Positions 1 through 8,225 of a DNA stretch of 64,000 nt are shown here, one piece after another (position 1 is the stretch's first letter; each line of letters opens with the position of its first letter). The stretch is from positions 124,001 to 188,000 of the IMG/VR virus record IMGVR_UViG_3300032214_000715, one strand, 5' to 3'. Below the pieces are notes generated by a model. It was not told where the DNA came from. It did not search any database and saw nothing but the letters and a program-made list of their open reading frames with translations. The translations under genes were made by a program, and so were the position numbers.

Positions 1-60
1 ACGATCTTGCCTTTTATAACACTCAAAAGAATTTGAGTCAAACCACGATTCATCAATCAT
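1..60 (-). CDS. 5' part of a hypothetical protein running off the window (MIDESWFDSNSFECYKRQDR...)
   Basis: ATG at 58-60 (minus strand), preceded by AAGGAG at the end of the upstream gene; frame stays open to the window edge. Confidence 0.6.
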   Translation of the reverse strand, partial: MIDESWFDSNSFECYKRQDR

Positions 61-66
61 TTTACT

Positions 67-432
67 TTACTCCTTAACAAATAATTTAAGATTGGGTGGA
101 GTCCAACCTTCGGGCTTTAATACTTTGCCGTCATCACGCTTACGAACTTTTCCGGTGACGCTATCAATCTTGGCAAAGTTTGTACGCATTACTTCATTCC
201 ACGCACCATCTCCGTCTGCTCCAAGACTGTGAATAGCACCAGCAGTTACCACCATGATATCAATCAGTGCGTCTAAACACTCAACGCGATCACCGGCAGA
301 ATTTGCTTCCCACAATTCATCTACTTCTTCAGCAATCAACTTTGTATAAAGATTGAATTGACTCTCATTAAACGTGCCCACTGATTGGTCACACGCCGAC
401 ATAAATTTTTCTTGGTCTTTAAATACACTCAT
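67..432 (-). CDS. MazG-like / PRA-PH family all-alpha NTP pyrophosphohydrolase
   Basis: EEVDEL...DALIDIMVV acidic motif, EVMRTN, and C-terminal RxDGKVLKPEGW typical of this family. Confidence 0.8.
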   Translation of the reverse strand: MSVFKDQEKFMSACDQSVGTFNESQFNLYTKLIAEEVDELWEANSAGDRVECLDALIDIMVVTAGAIHSLGADGDGAWNEVMRTNFAKIDSVTGKVRKRDDGKVLKPEGWTPPNLKLFVKE

Positions 433-466
433 TTGGGTTCTTTCTTTGACTTAGTGTAGTACACTA

Positions 467-1648
467 TTAATTCGCTCGCAAGATGATTAGGTCATCATTG
501 GTCCGACCCTTAACTTGTGCCTGCACTGCGTTGATTTCCTTGAACAGCTTACGAGCAGCCGGCTTACCTACACCAAGCAACTTCTTAAGTTGGTCCCCAG
601 GCTTCCGAAGTGTCTTCATTCCACTTTGAGTAGAATCAAAGCCCACAATCGTAGTGCCCTTAACAGACAGAGTTCCAACATGCGAGTCGGCAATGTAGTA
701 GTGAAGCTTACGCTTGGCACTATCGTATGCCCACACTTCAGTGGCACCAACAATCTTGCTAGGATGAATGCTAACCAAATCAATCTTGGCAGCGTCATCC
801 TTAAATTGGCGCATGTACTTGATTTTGGAAACTTGCTTCTCAACGGGGACAGGCTTACGCTTGCGAACCGTTTTGGTTTGCTTCTTTACGCTTACATAGG
901 ATCCAACTGCGGCCAACACCGAATCGCAAAACTTAATCATATTGCGAATGGCAATTTTTCCGTACTGAGCATGGCCTTCCTTAAGATCGGCGTCACTGCC
1001 CTGTTGTACTTCTTCCAGTTCAGCGCGACGACGCTTCCACACTTCAACAATAATGCTGGTGTGTTGAGGAAGAATGTTGCGCTCGGAAAGAATACCAACC
1101 ACGTTTACATCGGCGGGTTGAGGTTCGCCATTCAACAGATATGAGTCAAAAAGACCCTCAATGTCGCCAGCAGCTTCACGTGCCTTGTCGCGCATAATCT
1201 CCTGAACGTTTGGGCGAGTAGAAATCTTTTCTACTTCAGGCTCAACTTCTTCTTGCTTAGCGGTTTTAGTCAACAGAGCCTTGAGATGATCGCCGATGCG
1301 AGCCAATTCTTGTTCGGTTAGAACAAGACCGCGCATTCCCATACGAGCAATCCATCCAAGAGAAATGTTATATTCACGCTCGTGTACACCGCGCAGACGC
1401 TTGATATCAGCAGCAGTGACTCCGCGATGAGCAGCAAATTCCAGAATCAATTCTTTGCTCATCTTACGATCAAAAAAGCGAGAGTACCAGTTCAGTGATT
1501 GAACCAGAATTCCCTTGCGAGACTCAGTGTCAGGCTGCTCAAAAAATACTGGTTCGGAACCAGCAAACTTTGTATCAGCGTCACGAGGATTCAATTCGGG
1601 TGCGATAACAACGTCACCGACCACTGTATTGCGAGATTTGCGAGCCAT
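467..1648 (-). CDS. Hypothetical early protein resembling a conserved T4-superfamily protein of unknown function
   Basis: 393-aa ORF directly downstream of a sigma70-consensus promoter; C-terminal LVSIHPSKIVGATEVWAYD segment. Confidence 0.7.
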   Translation of the reverse strand: MARKSRNTVVGDVVIAPELNPRDADTKFAGSEPVFFEQPDTESRKGILVQSLNWYSRFFDRKMSKELILEFAAHRGVTAADIKRLRGVHEREYNISLGWIARMGMRGLVLTEQELARIGDHLKALLTKTAKQEEVEPEVEKISTRPNVQEIMRDKAREAAGDIEGLFDSYLLNGEPQPADVNVVGILSERNILPQHTSIIVEVWKRRRAELEEVQQGSDADLKEGHAQYGKIAIRNMIKFCDSVLAAVGSYVSVKKQTKTVRKRKPVPVEKQVSKIKYMRQFKDDAAKIDLVSIHPSKIVGATEVWAYDSAKRKLHYYIADSHVGTLSVKGTTIVGFDSTQSGMKTLRKPGDQLKKLLGVGKPAARKLFKEINAVQAQVKGRTNDDLIILRAN

Positions 1649-1673
1649 GTGTATTTCCTACTGAACAGACTAT

Positions 1674-1702
1674 AGTATAGCACTGTATTGATTTATTGTC
1701 AA
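1674..1702 (-). promoter_or_regulatory. Early sigma70-type promoter
   Basis: TTGACA-ATAAATCAATACAGTGC (17 nt)-TATACT, with TGn extended -10. Confidence 0.85.
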
Positions 1703-1733
1703 ATTTTTGGTTAATCAAAAATATCGTTTATTG

Positions 1734-1762
1734 GTGCTAACACAGACTCTATTTATTGTCAA
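1734..1762 (-). promoter_or_regulatory. Second, tandem early promoter with a weaker -10
   Basis: TTGACAATAAAT repeated exactly 60 bp upstream of the first copy; 17-nt spacer then TAGCAC. Confidence 0.5.
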
Positions 1763-1770
1763 GTTTTTTG

Positions 1771-1777
1771 ATAAATA
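1771..1777 (+). promoter_or_regulatory. T4-like late promoter (ATAAATA)
   Basis: gATAAATAcaatATG immediately before the neck gene; the same motif precedes most structural genes in the window. Confidence 0.7.
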
Positions 1778-1781
1778 CAAT

Positions 1782-3641
1782 ATGCCACGTTTATCGCTAT
1801 ATCGCTCGGAAAAATCCAAAGACTATAAATTCTTTGACAGAATAATCAGTCAAATGTTTACTGCTGGGGCAACTGATTTGTATATTCACAAGTATATTGG
1901 AGTTAACAATAGCTCGACAAGTAAGGACTTAACTCAACCTCATTATGATAAGACAGACGTAACTAATATACAAGATTTGGTGTTTATGGAAAATCGGGAT
2001 CGTAAGTATGATAAGAATATTTACAGATTACGTGGACACTACAACGTTCAAAATCTTGATTTTGATTTAAGTCAATTTGGTTTATTTTTGACAAACGACA
2101 TTATATTCATTACTGTTCATTACAATGACATGATAGATGTAATTGGTCGTAAATTAATGGTCGGTGATGTATTTGAATTGCCACATCTTACTGATTATCA
2201 TCCACTAGATGAAACTATTCCTATCGGTCTACGTAGATATTATCAAATAACCGATGCTAATTTTGCTAGTGAAGGATTTAGTCAGACTTGGTGGCCGCAT
2301 TTGTGGAGAATTAAATGTGAGCCACTTGTTGACAGTCAGGAATTTTCAGACATACTTAGTCAACCAATTAACAAAGACAATTATATGGGCGACTATGATC
2401 CAGCAAAATCCTATCAGCCTGGATACACAGTTACGTATGATGGTAAGATTTATACTCCAAAACAAAATGCTCCCGCCGGAACTGATCCTTCAAATGAAGC
2501 ATACTGGGAGCTTGTAAATAATTCCAGTTTAGCGGATGTAATTAGCTCTTACAAGAAAAATATTGAGATAAACGACGCATTGATAGAAGAGGCCAGTAGG
2601 TTAGTTCCAAAAACAGGATATGATCGTAGTCAATTATATGTTGTGCCTACATTCACTAACGGTGAGCCTGGGCCTCCAGTGAATGTGACTATAGACGTAA
2701 CACAAGCCATTTCGGTTGGAAACATAGAAGTGCTTAGTACTGCTAATTACCCAGTTCCTAGTCCAGTACTGCGAATAAACAGACGATACTTAAACACGAC
2801 TGGAATAACGCCTGGATATAGTATAGTGTTGGGTACTGCCATGACCGTTCCAGAATTAACTGATACTAATAGTGGACCTATGGAAGGAACCGCAGTAGTC
2901 ACTGGATGTAATATAGGATATAGAGTTGGTCCATATGGAACCACCGACTCTTCTGATAGTAGAGCAGATCAGTATGTATCTTCGCTGATAACAACCAATA
3001 CTACAAAGATGAATGTATTGACCATAAACTGTGTTGATATCCCACCGGATGTAATACCCGGATTAAAAATAAGCGCCAGTATAATTAATCAAACTCAGCA
3101 ACAGATACAGGTGTTTTCAAGTGACACAGTAATTACTTCTGTAAATTACAATACAAAACAAATAGTAGTTAGTAATAAAACACTAATCTCTATGCCGGCT
3201 GGAACTAAGATATTAACCGCTAGCGATTTTGACGCAGTAGTGACTGAGCAAATGAATTTTCGCGCTGACTGTGATCCTAGATTTAGATTTATTAGAAGAG
3301 TGACTCCGCAATCATTTGGTTATATTACCGGCTATAATAGCGGAGACGGTACCGCTCCCAACGGAGAACCGGTGCGCTCTGGAATAGCGTTTCCTTCTAA
3401 TTCGGCGGTCGGAGATTATTATCTACGAATAGACTATTTGCCGCAAAAACTATACAGATACAGCGGAAATAGTTGGGTGGAAATTTCTCGTAATGTTAGA
3501 ACTGCGGTTGGATTCACGGTTGATGATGAGAGTCAATTAAGTAGCTTTATTAATAACAGCGCCGTTATCACTACCGCCAGTGGATTGACTATACCAAGTC
3601 GTCAAAGTCTAAGTCAGGCACTAAAGATAAAACCCGATTGA
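1782..3641 (+). CDS. Neck / head-closure protein (T4 gp14-like) with a C-terminal extension including a CBM5/12-like motif
   Basis: Start at MPRLSLY (ATG 1782) rather than 1707; DLVFMENRDRKY...FDLSQFGLFL...VGDVFELP...WxxxCEP resembles gp14; YDPAKSYQPGYTVTYDGKIY...YW resembles CBM5/12; adjacent to a gp15-like gene. Confidence 0.65.
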   Translation: MPRLSLYRSEKSKDYKFFDRIISQMFTAGATDLYIHKYIGVNNSSTSKDLTQPHYDKTDVTNIQDLVFMENRDRKYDKNIYRLRGHYNVQNLDFDLSQFGLFLTNDIIFITVHYNDMIDVIGRKLMVGDVFELPHLTDYHPLDETIPIGLRRYYQITDANFASEGFSQTWWPHLWRIKCEPLVDSQEFSDILSQPINKDNYMGDYDPAKSYQPGYTVTYDGKIYTPKQNAPAGTDPSNEAYWELVNNSSLADVISSYKKNIEINDALIEEASRLVPKTGYDRSQLYVVPTFTNGEPGPPVNVTIDVTQAISVGNIEVLSTANYPVPSPVLRINRRYLNTTGITPGYSIVLGTAMTVPELTDTNSGPMEGTAVVTGCNIGYRVGPYGTTDSSDSRADQYVSSLITTNTTKMNVLTINCVDIPPDVIPGLKISASIINQTQQQIQVFSSDTVITSVNYNTKQIVVSNKTLISMPAGTKILTASDFDAVVTEQMNFRADCDPRFRFIRRVTPQSFGYITGYNSGDGTAPNGEPVRSGIAFPSNSAVGDYYLRIDYLPQKLYRYSGNSWVEISRNVRTAVGFTVDDESQLSSFINNSAVITTASGLTIPSRQSLSQALKIKPD

Positions 3642-3652
3642 TATCGTAATCA

Positions 3653-3659
3653 ATAAATA
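3653..3659 (+). promoter_or_regulatory. T4-like late promoter
   Basis: ATAAATA in the intergenic gap, upstream of a GGAG RBS. Confidence 0.6.
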
Positions 3660-3685
3660 ATCTAAGATAATGATTTGGAGTAACA

Positions 3686-5074
3686 ATGGCTGAATATTTT
3701 TCGGACAATCAAATAAAACGCTTTCTAATTCAATTTGCCCGCATCTTCAGCAATTGGAATGTCTCTGCTGGAACTGATTCCAACGGGAATCCTATTTTAC
3801 ACCGAGTTCCAATTATGTACGGCGATAGTAGCAGACAAGCTGCCACCATTATTGCCAATAATAGCTCTAATAATTTGCCCAGCTCTCCGTTGTTGACTTA
3901 TTATATAAGTGGACTTGAGTACGATCAACGACGAACACAGGATCCATATTTTATAGATAAAGTACACGTTAGACAGCGAACCTTCAACGAAGATTCTAAT
4001 GAATGGGAGACTACTCAAGGTAATGCTTTTACAGTAGAAAGAGTTATGCCGGTTCCATACACACTTAGAATAACGCTTGACTTTTGGTCTACTAATTACA
4101 ATCAAAAGCTAGAAATAATTGAACAGTTGGGCGTGTTGTTTAATCCTAGTATGGAACTACAAAGCACCGATAATTTTATTGATTGGACTAGCTTAAGCGT
4201 AGTGTATCAGGACGGTATAAATTTCACTAGTAGGTCCATACCAATGGGAACTGGAAATCCAGTAGACGTACTTTCCTGGAAATTCTATATGCCAATTTGG
4301 ATTAGCGGTCCGATTAAGGTTAAGAAGTTAAATGTAATACACAAGATTATTGCTAGTATTTTTACTCGTAATTATAGAGACGATATCAAAGAAGATGATT
4401 TGCTGTTAGGCACTAGGCAAAAAATAACTCCGTATGGATATAAAGTATTGTTACTAGAAGACAAACTACAAATTGTAGGATCAAATCAACCGTTTAACCC
4501 TTCAAATTCTTCTATAGAGTCAGTTGTTAGTCCACATTCTTGTTTATCGTGGCGAGCAGTGTTAAATGCTTACGGAGTGATTCGTCCTGGTATAAGTATG
4601 ATAGCTCTTGAAAACCCATATTTAGAAACTGAAATTTTAGGAACTATATCATACTTGGATGATGACGATAATGTGTTAGTGTACAACATTGATTTAGACA
4701 CACTTCCACAAAATACTCTGGAACCAGTTAACAGTGTTATTGATCCCACTAAAAAGAGTCCTGATAATGGATTATCCTCTCCGGAAACAGGGCAAAGATA
4801 TTTAATAGTAGAAGACATACCATCACAAATACAATACACCACTCCCACAGTGGTTATTCCTGCTTGGCCTGGATTAACCAATGGAGCAGCAGCAAACGAC
4901 ATAATTGAATTTGACGGAGTAAATTGGTTTATTAGCTTTGATAGCACTGTTGCTCAAGACACACAGTTTGTAACCAATATCACTAGTGGAGTTCAGTATA
5001 GATTTTTTGAAAATTCTTGGGTAAAATCGTGGGAAGGATGGTACGGACAGGGAGACTGGAGAATCATTATATAA
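3686..5074 (+). CDS. Tail terminator / sheath stabiliser (T4 gp15-like) with C-terminal extension
   Basis: YF..QIKRF..QF..IFS, VPIMYG, YDxxR and PVPYxL...QxLEIIEQL..LFNP motifs; GGAG RBS. Confidence 0.75.
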   Translation: MAEYFSDNQIKRFLIQFARIFSNWNVSAGTDSNGNPILHRVPIMYGDSSRQAATIIANNSSNNLPSSPLLTYYISGLEYDQRRTQDPYFIDKVHVRQRTFNEDSNEWETTQGNAFTVERVMPVPYTLRITLDFWSTNYNQKLEIIEQLGVLFNPSMELQSTDNFIDWTSLSVVYQDGINFTSRSIPMGTGNPVDVLSWKFYMPIWISGPIKVKKLNVIHKIIASIFTRNYRDDIKEDDLLLGTRQKITPYGYKVLLLEDKLQIVGSNQPFNPSNSSIESVVSPHSCLSWRAVLNAYGVIRPGISMIALENPYLETEILGTISYLDDDDNVLVYNIDLDTLPQNTLEPVNSVIDPTKKSPDNGLSSPETGQRYLIVEDIPSQIQYTTPTVVIPAWPGLTNGAAANDIIEFDGVNWFISFDSTVAQDTQFVTNITSGVQYRFFENSWVKSWEGWYGQGDWRIII

Positions 5075-5499
5075 TGTCCAGAATGTGTAATTCAGTGGGA
5101 GTAATTTTCTACTCTCAGTCAACAGCTAGACACTTGTTTTTATTAAGAAACTCTAAGAGATATCCAGTGTGGGGTCTGCCGGGAGGTAAAATAGAACGTG
5201 GAGAAACACTGCTACAAGCACTAAAAAGAGAATGTGTAGAAGAGTTGGGATTTTTTCCAGAAGATTCAAAGCTATTTCCAATAGAAAAATTTACATCGGA
5301 TGACGGTAAATTTATCTATCACACGTTTTATTGTTTTGTGAATCAAGAATTCACTCCAATATTAAATAACGAGCATATTGGATATACGTGGTGCGCTGAA
5401 TATTACTATCCTCAGCCACTACACAGTGGACTATTTAACACTCTTAATTACGACATAATCAAGCAAAAGATAAGCATAATACAGCAGTCACTAAAGTAA
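5074..5499 (+). CDS. Nudix hydrolase
   Basis: Nudix box GGKIERGETLLQALKRECVEELG; TAATG stop/start overlap with the upstream gene. Confidence 0.9.
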   Translation: MSRMCNSVGVIFYSQSTARHLFLLRNSKRYPVWGLPGGKIERGETLLQALKRECVEELGFFPEDSKLFPIEKFTSDDGKFIYHTFYCFVNQEFTPILNNEHIGYTWCAEYYYPQPLHSGLFNTLNYDIIKQKISIIQQSLK

Positions 5500-5520
5500 A
5501 AAGGCCCATAAGGGCCTTTT
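5498..5520. terminator. Bidirectional intrinsic terminator
   Basis: AAAAAGGCCC-ATAA-GGGCCTTTT between convergent genes. Confidence 0.9.
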
Positions 5521-5539
5521 GTATTAGCGTAACTATTGC

Positions 5540-5965
5540 TTATAGCTTAGCAACTGATACTACTGTCATTGATGATCCAGCTGGCGCGGCGCCGGCGGAT
5601 CCGAATGTAAGTATGTATGAGTTTCCAGCAAAGTCTACACCAAACTTATTAGACAGATGAGCTAATCTAACAGTGGTGGTGTCTGCTTTTGTTACTGTGA
5701 TGGTCATTGTATCGTCAGCTAATGCGGTATCTGCGCTATCTGCCAATACACAAACTCCAGTGTTTGTACCGTCAGAAACTAGAAACTTTCTTGCTCCTTT
5801 TTGACGAACTATGTATCCAGCAGCTTCTGCGTTTGCTCCGATTTTAACTCTACAAAGAATTTGATCGCCAGAAATGCCAGTGTCTCCACCAACTACTCCG
5901 TATCCAGCTGGATTATCAAATCCTAAATCAACTCCAGTGTGTGATATTTTTAATGGACGTCCCAT
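5540..5965 (-). CDS. Putative virion structural protein (MGRPLK...)
   Basis: Late promoter, strong AAGGAG RBS, beta-rich Ala/Gly/Thr composition. Confidence 0.6.
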   Translation of the reverse strand: MGRPLKISHTGVDLGFDNPAGYGVVGGDTGISGDQILCRVKIGANAEAAGYIVRQKGARKFLVSDGTNTGVCVLADSADTALADDTMTITVTKADTTTVRLAHLSNKFGVDFAGNSYILTFGSAGAAPAGSSMTVVSVAKL

Positions 5966-5989
5966 TTTTTTCTCCTTTGATTACGTTGA

Positions 5990-6036
5990 CGTTCTAGGTC
6001 TACGCTGCGGGATTACAGCGTAAGTCGTTGAGAACG
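5990..6036 (-). promoter_or_regulatory. Structured 5' leader RNA (putative cis-regulatory element)
   Basis: Nested pairings CGUUCU/AGAACG and UACGCUG/CAGCGUA between the late promoter (6044-6050) and the RBS. Confidence 0.55.
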
Positions 6037-6043
6037 AACTAAG

Positions 6044-6050
6044 TATTTAT
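6044..6050 (-). promoter_or_regulatory. T4-like late promoter
   Basis: ATAAATA on the minus strand just after the stop of the upstream gene. Confidence 0.65.
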
Positions 6051-6052
6051 CG

Positions 6053-6433
6053 TTAGGAGTAAATTTCTACGTGCTGCTTACCGTACTCTCGCAGTAATCT
6101 ACCAGCCATAGCATTAGCAACATCTTCAATATTTTGTCGAGTTTCCTCGTCCATATCATTACTGGCCAAGTCTGTTTCAAATTGACGATGATGAACTAGT
6201 TCATGACAAAGTGTTCGCATAATGTCGGCTAGATTTCTTTCTCCAACATATACCCATATGTATCCATCACTGTATGTGCTGCCGAACGTTCTTTTTTCTT
6301 CAACCTCGTCTAAGTCATATCCGTAGCGAATTTCTGGCACTTTATTAATGCCCATTTTTTTACAAGACCACTTAACAAATTGTTGTAGTTGATTCTTTTT
6401 TTCTACCGATTCAAATATTTCTTTTGAGAACAT
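6053..6433 (-). CDS. Small HExxH zinc-metallopeptidase-like protein
   Basis: RTLCHELVHHRQ followed by a downstream E..AN motif; late promoter at 6438-6444. Confidence 0.65.
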   Translation of the reverse strand: MFSKEIFESVEKKNQLQQFVKWSCKKMGINKVPEIRYGYDLDEVEEKRTFGSTYSDGYIWVYVGERNLADIMRTLCHELVHHRQFETDLASNDMDEETRQNIEDVANAMAGRLLREYGKQHVEIYS

Positions 6434-6445
6434 ACAGTATTTATG

Positions 6446-6718
6446 CTACTTACACGATTGTAAGGCAGTCAATAGCTGTTCTTCGTATCCAAGATGTAGA
6501 TTTCTGTCTGATAGCAGAGATTTGACTTTTTCAAATAAATCACTATCTTCTTGTAGCTTAGGAAAAGAAAAATCTGGCTTATCTGGAGTGGGAGTCTGGC
6601 ACTTTACTGGTATAGGAACTTTAACTTCCTGTGTGACATATCGTATAGTTTCTTGCGGTTGAGTAGTGGCACACCCACCTATAAACATAGTAAGAATTAA
6701 AAATTTACTTCCGCGCAT
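6446..6718 (-). CDS. Outer-membrane spanin (Rz1-like lipoprotein)
   Basis: Signal peptide with lipobox (IGG-C), Pro-rich VKVPIPVKC, C-terminal Cys; overlaps the 3' end of the i-spanin gene. Confidence 0.75.
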   Translation of the reverse strand: MRGSKFLILTMFIGGCATTQPQETIRYVTQEVKVPIPVKCQTPTPDKPDFSFPKLQEDSDLFEKVKSLLSDRNLHLGYEEQLLTALQSCK

Positions 6719-7103
6719 TTTTTAACTCCTCATTAATTAAACGATTGGCATTATCACACGAGCTAACATTAGGCTGTGGTTTCCGATTTAACAAATCTTG
6801 CGCTTGAATTTTGTACTTATTAGCCACAGCAGCAGAACGTGATAATTCTGTTTTATGTTTTTCTAAGTTTTCTTGTGCCGTCAATTCTAGTTTAGTTATT
6901 GCTTCATTCTGTATATCAAAAGAAATTTTCATTTCCTTTAAGCTAATCTGTGATACTTCTAAATGCTTGTTGGCTAGTTCTAAATCGCCAGTTAATTTTA
7001 TAATCTTGGTATTTAACACAACTATTCTACCGTACAAACCAAGAATAACAAGCACTAGCAGCGCTGTCGCTATTGCTTTCCAGTAACGCAGAATCATAAA
7101 CAT
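6705..7103 (-). CDS. Inner-membrane spanin (Rz-like)
   Basis: N-terminal transmembrane helix, long coiled coil, Cys near the C-terminus; paired with the lipoprotein gene. Confidence 0.75.
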   Translation of the reverse strand: MFMILRYWKAIATALLVLVILGLYGRIVVLNTKIIKLTGDLELANKHLEVSQISLKEMKISFDIQNEAITKLELTAQENLEKHKTELSRSAAVANKYKIQAQDLLNRKPQPNVSSCDNANRLINEELKNARK

Positions 7104-7104
7104 A

Positions 7105-7401
7105 CTATGCCCATTTTAAGTTAAAGTAAATTAAATCACTTTCTTTTATTTTGGCAGTGATTATAAAGTGTCTAAGACACAACTCATAGTCTATATGTGA
7201 ATGACATTCTGGAACTTCGCAACAGTGACTAATTATCCACCTACCCTTTTCACTGTCTTTCCATTCTAAAAACGGTTTCCAATCAAATATATTTGCTGGA
7301 ATATTGTCGTACTCCATAGCGTCAATATTAAATGAATGTACGATTAGATTATGAATGACAATCGGAATGCCATCAATCATTTTTACAAAATGCTGACTCA
7401 T
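7105..7401 (-). CDS. Hypothetical protein
   Basis: 98-aa ORF, ATGA-coupled to the endonuclease gene. Confidence 0.65.
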   Translation of the reverse strand: MSQHFVKMIDGIPIVIHNLIVHSFNIDAMEYDNIPANIFDWKPFLEWKDSEKGRWIISHCCEVPECHSHIDYELCLRHFIITAKIKESDLIYFNLKWA

Positions 7402-8225
7402 ACTGCCATTTTCTTTATGTGATGTTGATAAAATATACTTCTCTTAGCGGGCATTGATTGTCTAGACATTCTTTCGATTGTCAATGACACATTCGCTATA
7501 GATGTCTTAAACTCATCCGCAATAGCTTTTAGACCATACACCGTTTTTGTGGAGGCATCTGGATAGATAATCTTATATTGTTTTGTATATGATTGGTCTT
7601 CTGGTTTTGCTCCTTTATTCCAAGGTGTTCTACCTCTGAGTTTGACGAGTGTTTCTTCAGAATGTGTTTTGCCGTAGAAGTAGTTTTTAGCCCCACTTCG
7701 ATCATAAGTTTGACAACTCATACATGTTTTTGCGCCTGCTGCAATTTTCACCGACTGACATAATGGACACATTTTTCTGGATATACCACCAAGCCATCTA
7801 CCATTTGATGATCCCTTAGAGTGCTCAAATCTTTTACATCTCTCTTCTTTCGTCAACATTGCCAATTTCTTCAACATGGTCTCAGTTCTTCTCTTTATAA
7901 TGAATTCTTTATATGGGTGATTAGATAAGTTATCTCCGCCACCCACAGAACCAATGTTGTATCCATCAATGTTGTTATCTATATACGTTTGTTCCAACGC
8001 ATACAATTCTTTTTTTGTTTGAAAGTTAGTTTCCTCGACAATGTAGAACTTGAATTTATCCAATCCATACTTGTTCACCGCTCGTTGTAGATAGATACAA
8101 TGATGACGATTATGTTTCAGTCCACGTTTATGAGTGGTGAATCTCTTCACGATGTTCATGGAACTACCGTAGTATTTTTTACCACTTTCTATGTGTTCAA
8201 TACAATAGATTCCTTGTTTTTTCAT
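7398..8225 (-). CDS. Free-standing GIY-YIG homing endonuclease (Zn finger plus NUMOD3-like segment)
   Basis: GIYCI...YYGSS..R...H, GYN, CPLC...CMSC, NYFYGKTHSEET; ATGA overlap with the thyA stop. Confidence 0.9.
   Translation of the reverse strand: MKKQGIYCIEHIESGKKYYGSSMNIVKRFTTHKRGLKHNRHHCIYLQRAVNKYGLDKFKFYIVEETNFQTKKELYALEQTYIDNNIDGYNIGSVGGGDNLSNHPYKEFIIKRRTETMLKKLAMLTKEERCKRFEHSKGSSNGRWLGGISRKMCPLCQSVKIAAGAKTCMSCQTYDRSGAKNYFYGKTHSEETLVKLRGRTPWNKGAKPEDQSYTKQYKIIYPDASTKTVYGLKAIADEFKTSIANVSLTIERMSRQSMPAKRSIFYQHHIKKMAV

Noticed and set aside
1707-1781. TTG-start extension of the neck protein (and the 5017 start for the Nudix gene)
   Set aside because: The extension overlaps promoter elements; ATG 1782 and ATG 5074 (TAATG coupling) fit better.
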